Assembly (NCBI RefSeq): GCF_009914755.1
Contig: NC_060930.1
From: the human T2T-CHM13v2.0 reference genome, Homo sapiens
Strand: one strand, 5' to 3'
DNA: 64,000 nucleotides
This document shows, piece after piece, positions 26,640-40,954 of this stretch. Both the position numbers and the translations under genes were made by a program. The notes under the pieces are model-generated. The model saw only the letters and a program-made list of their open reading frames with translations. It made no database searches and had not been told where the DNA came from. How positions within the stretch are numbered: the stretch's first letter is position 1; the number at the start of each line of letters is the position of its first letter.

Positions 26640-28620
26640 TAGAAGAGAAGAAGCATAGAAAAAGCAAAATAAACGAAAACCAACCAAAGTGGGAATAATC
26701 CTTTATACATCACTAATCAAAATACATGAAAGACTAAAATGACTGAGAAAAAGATTGAATATGTACTTCTTTCATATACAAGAAACCCACTTAAAGAAAA
26801 TGGCAAGGAAAGATTAAAAATATAAAGATAGCAACACTGGCCTAAACAATGCTGTTGTAGCAAAATTAATATTGGATAAAACAAGTTTTAAAGGCAGAAC
26901 TATAATTATATTAAAAAATTCACAAATCAGTAAAAGTAAGAATTCACCAAGATAATACAAAAAGGCATCTGTATACAGTAGCTATTAAAATAATTTTGAA
27001 ATATATGAAACAAATACTAATAAAATCACAAGGGGAATTAGACAAATCCATAATTTAGTAAATTGAATATTCTGTCAAGAAAGGATAGATCAATTTTTTC
27101 AAACCCTTAGAATATACAACACCAAGAGTGAACTCTCATGTAAAATAGGGACAATGGGTGATTATGTTGTGCTGTAGGTTCATTGATTGTAACAAATGTC
27201 CGACTCTAGCAGAGATGTTGCTAATGGGGAGGCCATGTATGTATGGGAGGAGGGAGCATATAAGAAATCTCTGTACCTTCTGCTCAATGTTGCTGTGAAC
27301 CTAAAACCTCTCTAAAAAATGAAGTCTATTTTTTTAAAAGGATGGACCAATAACATCCCAAGTAAGAAAGGATATAAGTGATTTGAACTATAAAAATGTT
27401 TTGATATTTATGATTTATCACAGTTGTTAAATTATTTCATCATGCACAATTCAATATAAATGGATTTGTTCATCATGATATATACCCCAGGGGCTCCAGT
27501 CAGTTGTTATATCAGAAATTCCCACCTAGTGGTGGTTATAGAACCTTTAATCTAAAGCCCACATTCCAGAAGTGGCTACTAAAGGTGCTTCAGCTATCTT
27601 TGACTTCTATCAATACAAGAGGCTGTATTAATTATCATAATGAATGTCGGAAATGAGTTTTCATTGGTGAAAGTGATGGCTTGCGAATTGGCATTATGGA
27701 TGTCAGAAATGGCCTTTCATTGATGAAATTAGTGGCAGCTGACCTAGATGGACTGGCTAGAGTTTGCTATACACAGTGCACTCCTCATTCGTAAGCAGTA
27801 TATGGAAGTCTAGCCCACCTCCCTTAGGGAAGTCACCTTAGGTTAGGTTACTCAACAGTATAGTTAGCTAAAATCTGCCATGGTATATTGACATATTTTC
27901 TTCAGGTGAAACTTTCATGTAAGGTATTTGGGGAACACCAAAAATAGGAGAACTGGGACATCAGGATACTTATAGAATAAATAGTATATAGACATGATTG
28001 ATAATAATGATCTATATGAATGAAATAATTTAAAGGTACCAATATCTATGAAAATAAATATTGAAGTATAACAAAATTTCTAGAATTAATTCACAAAAAT
28101 ACTTAACAAGTTGGATTTATTCTGTACTCAACAAATAGTGAGTATACATTCTTTTGAACTCTATATAGAACATTTGTAAAAGGCAGTGATCACCTACTAG
28201 GTCAAAAAGTAATTCTCAGTAGATTTCAAGGAATTGATTACTTATAAGCCAAGTTTTTCTACTGAAATATAATTGCAAAATAAACCACCAACAACAGCAA
28301 AACAAAAGATCAAATAAAAACCCCTGTTTTTAAATTTTGTTAAAAATTGCTCATTGGTTAAGAAAATAACAATGGGAATGATATATTTAAATTGAATGAT
28401 AAAATGTCTGTATATAAAAACTTACAATAAATGGTAAAGGGAAATTTATATATAATTTTGGTATATATAAAGCAAAATATTAAAATGTGGACTAGCTAGA
28501 GTTCAAGTTTTTAATAATGGTTCATTTTAGAAGGGAAGGAAGAAAAATAGAATTCGGGATAAGAATACTGGAGTCTTCAACATTATCTGAAAGATATTAT
28601 TCCTTAAAAAATTAAATAGA
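26640..28620 (+). mobile_element. Very old L1 (ME-like) ORF2 fragments, interrupted by younger insertions
   Basis: A-rich, with degenerate endonuclease-region motifs (ATACAAGAAACCCACTTAAA, GGGAATTAGACAAATCCATAAT, TATACATTCTTTTG). Confidence 0.5.
27095..27336 (+). mobile_element. L1MC1-like 3' terminal fragment
   Basis: ACACCAAGAGTGAAC…GTAACAAATGT…GCTGTGAACCTAAAAC…AAGTCTATT. 15-bp TSD at 27080-27094 and 27337-27351. Confidence 0.8.
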
Positions 28621-29467
28621 GAGCCTATCTAATTTTTTACAGTTACCCTTTATTTATTTTGAGTGGGATATTCTTTACTTCTTTTGTATTCTTCATTTTA
28701 ATCTGCCCAAATAGTAAAATGTATTGAAGTATTATTTCAAGGTATGTCAATTTTACTTGGACATTTTTCTTCAGCAGAAAACATCTAAATTATGCATTGA
28801 ACTCTTCCAGAGAAGGTATTAGAAATGAAGGCGATATTGGGCTTTATGATACAATATGGTTCCTCCAAAATCCTTCTCTTTCCAAGTAAGGTTTACTTAG
28901 ATTAGAAATTTGTAGCATTGTTTTCTGTTTGTTTGTTTGTTTTGTTATTTACTGAGGCTTCAGACGACTTAGTTGGACAGTATACTGGAAATGTATTATT
29001 ATCAGATGTCAGTTTTTTGTAATTTTTCAATTAAAAATCCACTAAAAAGTAGACATTTTACTAAATTTCTCAAGTAGAATATCAATGATTCAGGTAGGAA
29101 ATGAACACAACAGAAAAAAATAATGATACTTGGCTTACAGAAATGACTTAGGTTACGTTTTTTTTTTTTTACCATGAAATTTTTTTCACCATGAATAAAT
29201 AGGTAAGATAAAATTAAATTTTTATGTTCTTAAAATGAAAGTTTCTCAAAAAAGTTCTTCATATGTTCAGATATTATCCATATGTTCAATATTCAGCATT
29301 TCCGTTCCAATGTTTGTAAAATGCTTTAAATAGTAATGAAAAATAATATTAGCTAATATTTTTTGATGTTTACTATATGCCAGGTGGTGTTCTATGTGCC
29401 AGATAGTATTCTAAATTCATTTAATTAAATAATTGATCCTTTGACTCATCATAAGAAGCCTAAGTGA

Positions 29468-29470
<3 letters not shown>

Positions 29471-29506
<36 letters not shown>
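29471..29506 (+). repeat. (GT)18 microsatellite
   Basis: Read directly. Confidence 0.97.
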
Positions 29507-29508
<2 letters not shown>

Positions 29509-32500
29509 GTGTATGCTCATGTTATATATACAACTTTAGCCAGGGTATCTAACTTTATTTCCATATACATTCTTGTACACTTTGTGTGTCTTGCCGCTCA
29601 GAGTTACAGGCCACTGGTTGAAGATCATTGATCTAAAAGTTAGAATTATCTTTAAAGTGAGGATGGAGTTAGTAAAAATCTCTGAGGGAGATAGAGCATC
29701 TTTTATTTATTTTCACATAAAGAAAGATAAATTGTTAAACAAGGTATATACTGTGCATCTTGTTCTTTAAAAATTAGGACTTGGGATAGGACATAAAAGT
29801 CACCAATATTTGTCAAAATAATGAATATTAAAGTAAATAAATTATCTGTAGTTGAAAAACTGGAATTTAGCATGAATAATAATCTTGAAAACATATGATG
29901 AATATAAAAAACTAAACCATATCTGTTTTGAAGTGAATTTTTCAGTATTTGATTTTTCATTCACTTACTTAGCAAAATTGTATTGAAAGCCTAGTTTGTA
30001 TAAAATATCATGAGCTGTTGAATAGATCCACATATTTATAGATTCTGTTTGGACTTTCTTTACCATGTGATTCTGTAATTTAGTAAATTATATCTTCATA
30101 TTTAAATATTTAAGTTACATATTAAGACTATTCTAAAGTAAAAGTCTGATGCATAGCAAGTAAAAGCATGTTTTTTTCTCTACCATAGTATAGATTTGAT
30201 GAGAAATTAGGTCAACTAGTGAAGTGGTTAGCTCTTCTCTTGAAAAAAACCTGATTATGTTTGGTTATTTTTCCTTGAGAATATTTAATATGGAAGGAAA
30301 TGGATAGATATAGAAGCCATTAGGTCTTCAAAAGAAGACACAGTATTTCATAATTTGTGATGTCAGAAATACAAGTTACAGAGTGAAAGTTTACTTTGGA
30401 GGTATTAATCCATTCATCTATCTATGATACTTTGGAGACTATTATAATGTTATAAGAACTTCCTAATGATGTCTTCTAAGTAAAATTAATTATTTGTAAT
30501 TACTTTATAAATATTCATTTCCTCTATTTCAGGGCCATCAATTTTCACTATCAACTGTAATTTTAATCCACTCAATTTTTTCCTCAAAATATTCTCTAGA
30601 ATATGATTTTAAAGTAGTTTCTACTGCTACTGCAATATTTTTTCTTCATGTACTTACTCATCCTTTATACATATTTATTATTTTAATTCACATGATTTTA
30701 ATTACCATATGAATTTATATAACTGGCATGTAGATTTTTATATAAATTAAGACTATAGAAATTCAACATTATTTCTTATTTGAAAGGCAAAATTGAAGGA
30801 AGCAAATGTAGATTAAAAGATCGTATGATTTCAAGATTTTAGTGATAATATTTATTTATTATATGCTTTTAAAATAATGATGTGCCTGATTAGCTAAATC
30901 AGTAAAAATATAGCTAAGATAGGTAAAAAATCAAGAGTGAAATGATGTTATACCCTCTGTGTGCACCATACTACCCCTAACCACGTGTCTTTTAATTGCT
31001 GCCATATTCACAGGCTGGGAAGGAATGTGGGTGCATAAGAAAGGAAGCAAAGGAAAGTAAAATATGAAGGTTCCCCCATCTTTATCTAATCATCTACACC
31101 CTGAAGGAGAGTTTTTGTTAGCCAAGTTCCCAGATCTTGCATTATACAAAATTAGAAAAGTGTGTAGAGAGTCAGATAGGGAGAACTCTGAGGAAAAGGG
31201 TGATAAATTAGAGGGAGGGGCTAAATCAATCTATTTAATGGGGGCCCCAAAGGTGGTAGAAAATGCAGCATAGGTTATGGCTGGAGAAAGATCCTCTGAA
31301 GTATCTGCAAATGGCGAGAGTAAGCTTTTGGGTTTGTTTTAGATCTGTTGATGGATATGAATTGTGGCTTAGATCTCCTTCAAACTTATTTGAAAAAAAT
31401 AATTAAAGTTTGAGCTTCCTTTCAATTCCTATTTGGGAGTTTTACTGTGGTCTGGTGAATATGACTGCATGAATTGACTGGGCCACATAGGCTCAAGATT
31501 TATTAGGGTTACAGGTGAAATCATATGTGAGTGACTAATGGAAGTTTTAATACTACTTGCAAAGTCACCATTGCAATTATATGTGTAATAGGTTATAAAT
31601 ATGCACAAGTTATTAGATGAAAATAGAACTGCTATTTGAATATAACCTTTTATACTAATAGATGTGATTAAAAGGAATAGAAATTTGGAACTTATTTTAG
31701 TTATATTAATATAGTCAAGCTTAAATCTGCACAGTCACACAATGGAAAAACACATATCTGTAGAAGGAGTTATTTATGAAGTTTTTCATATTTTGGTCCT
31801 ATGTACTATGTGATTATATGTGCTTGACTTATAAAGACCAAGCAGTGTCAATTACATTGTAGTATATAATAGCTATAAATTTTTTTGTAGTTATTCTATA
31901 TTTGAATATAGTAACTTAGTTCCAATTTTTAAAGTTTCATTTGTAAAAGCTGTAATCTTATCTACTATTTTCTACTTTACTGAAGTCTTAATGTATAACT
32001 CTGAGATAATAGTGAAATGGAAACTGCTTTTAGTGGAGGTTATAATAAAGATAACAGAAATATTTTAGAGCTAAATTTTGTTTACTCTGTGTTGAAAATA
32101 GGTACTACATGGAGAGAAGGTATTAAGGAAATTGTTACATGATACCACATATTTGCAAAGTTGTTCAAGTGCTGGTGGTTTAAAACAGATTAGTTCTTGG
32201 TCACTTTTCTTTTCAAATAAATATGTCAGATGTCACATTATTAGACAGGAAAATGAGGTAATAGCTCACAGAGAGCTGTTATAAATACTGTTATTATTTA
32301 TAGAGATAAGTAATAAGGAGGTTTTCAAAGAAACCTTTAGAAACTGTATTAGTTCAAAGCTCTATTAAAAGCAAAGTGGTTTTGATTGAGGGAGGCCCAC
32401 AAATGATCATCTAAAGGCAACATTGTGTTTTCACAATGACCACTTCAATAAAGCATCAGTCAAGACTGTGAAGCCCGCATTTGAACACTTTGTGGTCAAA

Positions 32501-34217
32501 CTTGGACCTTGCACAGACAAAGCCACATGCTTTGTTTTAAATAATCCCCAATTTATTTACAAGGTAATGATTATAATGTTGTAGGTCTTTTTTTCCCCCA
32601 GAAATTACTATTACAGATTAAAGTTACATAAATGTTTTGAGCCCCTTAGTTTAAGGGAACTATCTAAATATTAAATTGTACCAGCAGCCCCCAAACAATC
32701 ATTACGAAGTGCACTATAAATGCTTACAATTCCTGGCACTGTTTATACTTCATCATAAATCTTGTATACCAATTTAATAAACTCAGTATACTTAAAGGTA
32801 AAAACACTTATTTTAAGCTATATCCACCTCTATATTATCCTTTGCCTTTAGATGCAGATATCATACACATGAGAGGTAAAGAGTTTGTAGAAGATAGCAC
32901 TGAATGCAGTACTTTCCAGTCTAGCAAGTTATTTTTTTCCAAACACTGTGAAGTTACAGCTGCTTACCGTAGAACACTGAGATTGATTTGACTTGATGTT
33001 GAAAATCTTTATCAGATTCCTATGTATGAAAATGTCGTCTTCCCTTACTAGTAAAGCAGGCATGCTTCTTAGGTATTTTATTAGACTTTCCTGGATCTTC
33101 CTGCATATAGTTTTAATTTCATTGTAATTTCTATTTTTACAAAACAGAATTCCAATAATGTATAAATATACCAAATTTGGTTGGTGTAGGTTATTGAATC
33201 TCATTTTCTCATTCAACTAGCCTAATGTCCCACAAGTAGTCAAAGGGTTTTTGAGTCTTATTAAACTACCTTATCTTTAAATACTTGGGTGTTAGTTGCA
33301 CAAAATATGGTTATAACCCAGCTTTTATAAAATAACATGTCACAGCATTGACTACAACTTTCTTTGTAACAAACATGCAATTTTTAAAGTTTTGTTATTT
33401 TGAGAATAAATTTAAGAGTTTCAAGAACATTATTATAGTTCATGTCTACCTTTACTTGATTGAGATTGCTGAACTGACTTGGTTTCATTTTAATATGGAT
33501 CTTGTGATCTGATTTGTGTAGCCAAACCATTCTACCATAGGTTCTTATTTTCTACTGAGCTCAGAACCACTTTCAAGAACTGCATACTTCACAAATGCCC
33601 AGGAAATTGATGTGACTTTCCAATAGCCTTCTGACTCAGCCTTCTTTTACCACTCAAAGTATACACCTTCTTGGAGTTTCTAGCACAGCTAAACAGCTAC
33701 ACACTCCCTAAAACTTAGTTCATTCAATTTGGCGCTCTTCTCACCATAAGTCACTTCCTGCTTTAGCTTATCTAAAACCTATACAACTTCTGATGCACAC
33801 CTCATGTTGCTTCTTTTCAAAGAAGCCCAACCTGTTCTCCAAAACCCTCAGTGATCTCTCTCTTCTTTGGTACCTATATGGCCTATTATCTGCTACACCC
33901 ATTTCACACTTACCAACTGAGACTGTGTAGTTATTCCTACTCAACCAAATTATAAGTTCTTTGAAGTCAGGTATCATGATACATTACTTCCTTATATATA
34001 CCATAGCGCCAAATACAGCATTTTGCGCATAGCAGTCATGTATTTTTAAATCTAAAAAGAATCTTAAGAGATGATCTCAACTATGTTAGATAAGAGACCT
34101 AGATCTCAGGGCTTAAAGGAGACTGAAAAACTATTTGGTGATTGTTGAGTGCTGGATTTACTACTAAGTGTTGGAAGGAGTTTAAATTTTTTTGTATATA
34201 TAAAATACCCTATAAAA

Positions 34218-34406
34218 CAGTGCTTTTCAAACTTGAATTTGCATTGGAATCAACTAGAGCATTTGTTAAAATACAGATTGAGGGGCCCAAAGCCCAATGT
34301 TTCTGATTCAAGAGGCCAGGAGTGGGGTCAAGCATTTGCATTTCTCACAAGTTTCCAGGTGATGCTGATATGACTGGTTCATGGACTGCCTTTTAAATAG
34401 CATTGC
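34218..34406. mobile_element. MER5A (hAT-Charlie MITE)
   Basis: CAGTGCTTTTCAAACTT…TTGTTAAAATACAGATTG…TTTCTGATTCA…CAAGTTTCCAGGTGATGCTGAT. Confidence 0.88.
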
Positions 34407-37400
34407 TGTAAGAGAAAGGTTCTTATACCTAAATGCTATCTCAATGATAGTTTTTCTATTTTTGAAAGAATAAGTTGGGACTTTTATATTAAATTACCAT
34501 TTTTGTTTTTCAAAACATGAGTAGTTTCTATTCCAAACATGCTTTCAATTTGCTCCTAAGGGTCCCACTTCTCTAATGATTCGCAGATATTAATTGTCCA
34601 AGTAAAGAAATAATTTTGAAAGCTCTTTTCCTTCATTTTTATCAAAATTCAGTTTTTATTGGAAAAGACAAGACAAATGCCAATAGGGCAATGACTTCTT
34701 ATCTAAATTTAGCATTCTCATACACAATTGAGAGTAGGGCTAATTGTAACAACTCTCTGGAAGGCAGTTTGGCAATATATATAGAAAGTTTTAAAAATGT
34801 ATACACCTTTAACTGTACACTCTAACTTGTAGTGTTTTATCCTAAGTACAAAATAAGTAATAAAATATGGAAATATTCTATACCTTGAGGTTATAATAGT
34901 TGACTAGATACATACATTTGTCAAAACTCATGAAGTTGTACATTTAAAATAGGTTCTTTTTTGGTAAATTATACCTCAATAAAATTGAATTAAAAATTTT
35001 TAAAATGTCAGTAAGAAATTACTTCCTTTTTTGTTGTTTTTCAGCTGCAGTTATGGCATTAACCACCCAGTTGTTACCTACTTCTAGATGAAAGTAAGTG
35101 TGAAATAGGAAATTGAGTTAAAGCTGTTTGCCATGGCCTCTGCAGTTTTGTAGCTTGTGGAGGAGGCCAGCGTGTGTGTGTATGTGTGTGTGTGTGTCTG
35201 TGTGTGTGGACACAGAATCTGAAGTAGTCCTGCAGCTACTCCACTGGTTTTAAGTAATAGAGAATGCATGACCATTTTAATGACTCACCTTTTGGAAGCC
35301 TACTAGAGAGGTGGAGAAGGTAAAGTACAGTAGTCCTCATGCTGATTCTAAAGACCCACTTTTTCAGCTTGGATTTAGGCTATTGGCTAGAGTTACTCTA
35401 AGGGTTCTGAGGTACTTTAAAATTGAAGGAACGGGGTCTCTGGTGATTTCATTCTCTCCACTACAGGGAATGAAACAGGTAAATAAATTAGCAGGGCAGT
35501 AGTTTTCCTAACTGATTTTCTAAGATCACTAACAGGCTTGCTCTTCCTGCACCATTTTTCTGCTTTCTTACCTAGATTGTCAACTCCTTTCGACTACTTA
35601 TTTATCTTTCTATCCCCCAGAGTCCTGCTTTTTTATAATTGCTACTCAGTAATTATGTAAGGAGATTGAAATAATTCCTTACTGTTGAGTTGGTATTTTG
35701 CAAACTTTCATTTCAGTCTAGTGGAAAGATAACAATGCAGTAATTTAGGAAGATATTGACAAGGATGTTTTGAAGGTATTCCCAATAGTATTACAAATTA
35801 TTTTTAAAGAAAACCTTTAAAATAGCATCTCCTTTTTCCTAAATAACTTGCAAATCAGATTTTAAAAATTGTTTAAAGTAAAAACAAAGCTCTTTTTTCT
35901 ATATCCCAGAACTGCAGATAAATGTGGTTTCTGAAACTTTTTCCAAGTCGTATATTTTCATTAGCTACAGTGATCTTACAACTGAAACTTAGCTATAGGC
36001 TACGTAAAAGATACATGAGGCAGAATGTAAAGTAGCGAGAATTTATAGTGTTACATGGTATTGCAAAAGCAAGGCTAGCTGCTTTTTCTTAATCCAAACA
36101 CATATAGTCTGACTGGAAAGAGATTTTGAGGTCAAGTCTTTCAAATAATAAAGAGTTTTTGTTGTTGGTCATGGTGGGTTTGTTTGTTTTTAGTTGAAAC
36201 TAAAGCACAAATGTTTTATCAAAATATGAGTGAAATTGTCAGTGAGTTGCCTGCATTTGTGAGCATCTGCTGTGTTCTTAATGGTACAGTGAAAAAGAGC
36301 CATTAGACCTAAGAGTATGACCCTATAGCAGGTATATCCAAAGCTACAACAGAGGGATGTCTGTAGAGAAAGTGGAGTCTGCTGCCTCTACTGATTTGAA
36401 CTTCCTAATGACTCCTATATAAAATCTAAATCCTGTTCATCACTTTTCATCACTTATCTTTTATCAAAAACTTAGCCATATCATTTTTCTATTTTGTATT
36501 CCTCTAATTATTTTCAGTGGAACAAGCATATGCAAACTTGTCTGTTACATTTTTATAATTAAGTGGTTTTCACCTTGTAACAAGGCTATGACTGTCTTAG
36601 AGTCTTGAATCCAAGTTTGTGAAGTAGATCCTGTGAGAGAGATGAAGTGACTTGCTCAAGGCCACTCTGATGTCATCAGAAAGAAATTTACATTCAGGTC
36701 TGGCTTACCTCAGGCGTAGTTGTCCATATATCAGAATTTTAAATATGTGTACTTACTTTTGAAATGTTCTTATTATTTCCGGCCATCTCTACCCACAACC
36801 CTCTCCAAATCTTGGACAAATTTATTTTGAGTGAAACTGGTTTTAATCAGTTCTTATGTTATCCCTCTACAGAGTTATTTCTACAGTAGAAAGCATTTGA
36901 ATGTGCTATAAATCTGCCATCATGGTCTCATCTCAAATGGCACCCTCTCAAAAATGACTTTATTGCCTACTTCTATTACCTATTTATTCTCTATAGTGAT
37001 AGCTGATTTTACTTTTTTCAAAATATTTTCATCTGAACTTACATTATTTACTTGTATACATGCTTCCTGTCTGTCTTTTTCAACTGGAATGTAAGCTACA
37101 TTGGAGCTTGAACCTTATCTACTTATTCCACCTTTTCCCTGGCCGTTATATGCTAGGCATGGAATAAGGCTCACCAGATTTTGGTTGAAGCAGTAATCAC
37201 TAGGTACTAAACATTGGGGTAACAATTACCGGGGGATGACATCACTCTCATGCTTGGTGACAGTTCTACTGGTAAGAGCATATTTTGTTTCTAGTCTTTA
37301 TGTTCAGATGGGTTCCAGTGAAACAGAACTGAAAATCATTGCCATTTATATACCTCCCTTTCTCTATAAAGTTATAAAAATGAGATAAAATATTAAAAAT

Positions 37401-37929
37401 ATTATTTTTATTACATATGAGCAGTTTATGTTTTAAAGTCTTTAAAACTATTTTCCTATGTGTATTCACAAGATATCACATTTTGATTAATTATTAATTC
37501 CAGCCATTTGCAGACATATACTATTGGAGAAAAATGAATATTAATAAGGAAACCAAAATCTGAAAGTCATCTCTAAGGTTTTACTTTTCATAACTTAAAA
37601 TTACTCACAGTTGCTTGGTTATTTATAATTTTTTTTTTCATTCTACATCGAGCACACATCTCTTTCATTTTTTTTCTATTGGCAAGTGAGCATTATAGAT
37701 TAGGGAATGAATTAGGCATCATACCATGTTTCATAATACTACCCTTTCTATTGGTCTAAAACCAGAAAATGAAAATAGACCACATAGTAGCTGAGATCAT
37801 AAACTGTGAAAAAAAGTTCTCCTAATTGGAAACAAGTTTGAAATAGAAATAAACCCACAGTTCACTTTTTTCAGTGCATTAGAGGTGATAGTGACAGTAA
37901 ACATACACATACATTTGAATATGTGCATA

Positions 37930-38044
37930 CATAAATATATGTGTGTGTATATATATATGTGTATATATATGTGTATATGTGTATATATATGTGTATATAT
38001 ATATGTGTGTGTGTGTATATATATATATATGTATATATATATAT
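37930..38044 (+). repeat. Compound (TA)n/(TG)n microsatellite
   Basis: Read directly. Confidence 0.95.
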
Positions 38045-38324
38045 CCTGATCTTATTTAAAAGTATTTAAAGTGACTTTTAATAATATATGTTATTCATAA
38101 CAATGCTTTCTGGAAGCAGTTGCTAATTATTTTCCACATTTTACCGATGAGGAAAGTGGGGATTGGGGAGTTTATATGATTTACCCAAGACTGAATAATT
38201 GACTAAACATAGACTTGGGCCTTGAATTCTGATTATCTGATTGGTATCTCACTACTTAAAAATAATATAAATTAAAAAGGACAAAATTCTCAAATAAAAA
38301 TTTAAGTAAAAGTTAGGTCAAGTT

Positions 38325-39179
38325 AATTATTGTCTCTATTCAAGGTTTAGCTGCAGGCAACATAATGTACTCTAGTTAATTAGTGGAAAACTATTTATTT
38401 TGGGGTATCAATTAGCTTATAGAATTACTGGGAAGACCAAGTGTACCAGGCTTGAATGCCTCTAAGCTAGTAATACTGAACCATACCAGAAAAAAAAAAA
38501 TTTTATGGAAGTTCACCTGTTTTTGCTCCCTGCACATCAACACTTATGGAACCAGAAGCTTTGGCAGCTGAAGAAATGCCATGTCTCCACAACTGTGCTT
38601 GCTTCTTCAATCTTAACTCTAGCCCTACAACTGTTACTAGGTAGAACCTCACAAGATTGCTGCAGGTTTGCTGAGTGCATTTGTCAGGAGGTATATCCAC
38701 CATAGTGCTGCAATGTAACATGCTACCTCAAAATTCAGTGGCTTAAAATAACAATCATGTATTTTTATTCACACATCTGCAGGATAGCTGAGGTTGGCTG
38801 ATCTAGGCTGGGCTTAATTAGGTGGCTCTACTTTATGTTACAGACCTGGCTGGACTTGGTTCTTTGATATATATGGGTTAGACTAATTCTGAATCTAATT
38901 GAATTTATTCTGGTTTCCAGGCTGAGGGAAGCAGCTATCATAGTGATTGCAGAGGGCTGAACAAGCAGAAACACACAATGTATCCTCAGTTAAGAGTTAC
39001 ACCCAGCAAATTATCATTTCTGCTGCATTTCTTTGGCTAACACAAGTCACATGACCAAGTCAAAAGTCAAGGTGGGGAAGTACCTTCCACCTCTAGTGGG
39101 AGGGACTGTAAACTCACATAGAAAAGAGAGCGAATGAAGGGAAGGGTGCAGAATTGGGACTAATACTTAAATCTAACAC
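38325..39179 (-). mobile_element. MaLR LTRs: MLT1J/I-like at ~38682-39179, with a probable older MLT1 fragment upstream
   Basis: CTCAAAATTCAGTGGCTTAAAATAACAATC, TTGGCTAACACAAGTCACATGACCAAG and AATCTAACAC. Confidence 0.7.
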
Positions 39180-40079
39180 CCAGAAAATATTGTTTTGAAA
39201 TTATTCCCATGAAAAAGAGAGGCACAATTGAAGAACTATCAAAATGGAGACACATTTTAAACAAGCTTGGGGCTGAGACAAAGAAAAGTAGTGTACTACA
39301 TACATTTAATGTAATGGAAAATCAAGGACTAGTATATTCAGCATAGCTTTTATACACATAGTGTTAAAACATCAGTGAAATATTGTGGGTCACGACTGTG
39401 ATTCCCCTTGAAAGATTTATATACTGCATATGTAATATGTATATGTATAAGAGATGACATCATAATGGTATATATAAAGCAATCTTACCATTGTTGCATC
39501 TTAATGAGAAACAAGATATGTATAAAATTGACAGATTTAAAAGAGATTTGTAAAAGATTTTAAATTAAAAGTGTTTGTTTCTGTGCATTTTTATTAAATT
39601 ATCTACTATGTAGTAGTGTATGTGATCATGTGGCTCTGTGCCAAGGATAAGAAGGGGACACTGATGTCGTTTCTGTTGTTTTAGTCTAGTGCATATATGA
39701 AAGGACAGAGACATAGGCTCCAAAATAGAAGCTGAAGAAAAAGTAAAATAGTGTTCTTATGAAGTAAAAATTATTTCATAACCACTTATTATCTAAGACC
39801 AGTCAGTACTTTGCTCACCTTGGTTAGGAATGATTTTATACTCCTTAATGGATGGAGTCTCCTCTTATTTAACAATACTATCATGCGATGAAAGAAGGGA
39901 ACTGTTTCTCTCATTTCTGGATCTTTCCAAATTCTAAAATTTCCAGTCGTTTCAAATTTGCAAGGACTGGAAATTTTAACCTTTCTTATAGTAACTACTA
40001 TCTTTCCATGCAAGGGAAAAATTATGCTACAACTGCATAGCAATGTATATTATTACAGTTAAACCAGTAGCAAAAAGCC

Positions 40080-40255
40080 AATAAATTAAAGATATAATAA
40101 AATTACAAAAAAGATATATATAAAATTATATACATAATTTTATTTATATATAAATAAGATTTATATTTATATAAACACTAGCTATATACATTTATATATT
40201 TTATTTATAAAATAAATGTATTTCATTTATATATATATAATTACCTTAAATATAA
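40080..40255. repeat. AT-rich low-complexity tract
   Basis: Almost exclusively A/T with TA runs. Confidence 0.8.
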
Positions 40256-40954
40256 TTTCTTTAAGCATTTGAGTTGTTAAAGGCTGACTAAAAAGTAAAA
40301 GTTTTAATTTGATTTTACCAAGTATAAGAAAGTTCTATTTTTTGTCAGTCTAATATATTTTTATGTGCTGCTGTGCTTGTTTTATGATTATTTTAAATCA
40401 TTTTAAATATTTTGAGCACTATAAAACATTTTATGTTGTTGTGTGGAACTTAGTCTATAACCTAGATCATTTAAAAATGTTAACTGCCTTAACATTCACG
40501 TGGTTAAAATTCTCCCCTTAGTAGCACAAAATACCCCTAATTTTATCATAGATATTAAGGGAAGAAAATGAATGTTTTATAAGGAAACTGAGCTGTTAAA
40601 AGATTATTCAGCAATGTGTGGGATACCATTGCATGAAAATTAAAAGCCTGATTAAGAGAATCAGCAAATGGTTATTCAACTTCTACTTTTTTTGTTATTC
40701 TAGTTTTATATTTGTAATACACTTTACAATAAGTACATTACAATTAAAATTTAGAAAATGTTTATCCATGTTGCACTTTAAATCATCTCAGGTCATACTG
40801 AAGGTGCATGTACCATGCTTGCTCAGGTAAGCAGTGGGGAGTCATTAAGAGGTTTTCAGCAGGAGAATGATGCAGTTTGATTTACATTTTACCTAGGTTG
40901 CGTGATAACTAAGGGAGAGATTTCTTTTTCTATTAATATTTTTTAAACTCCTTT

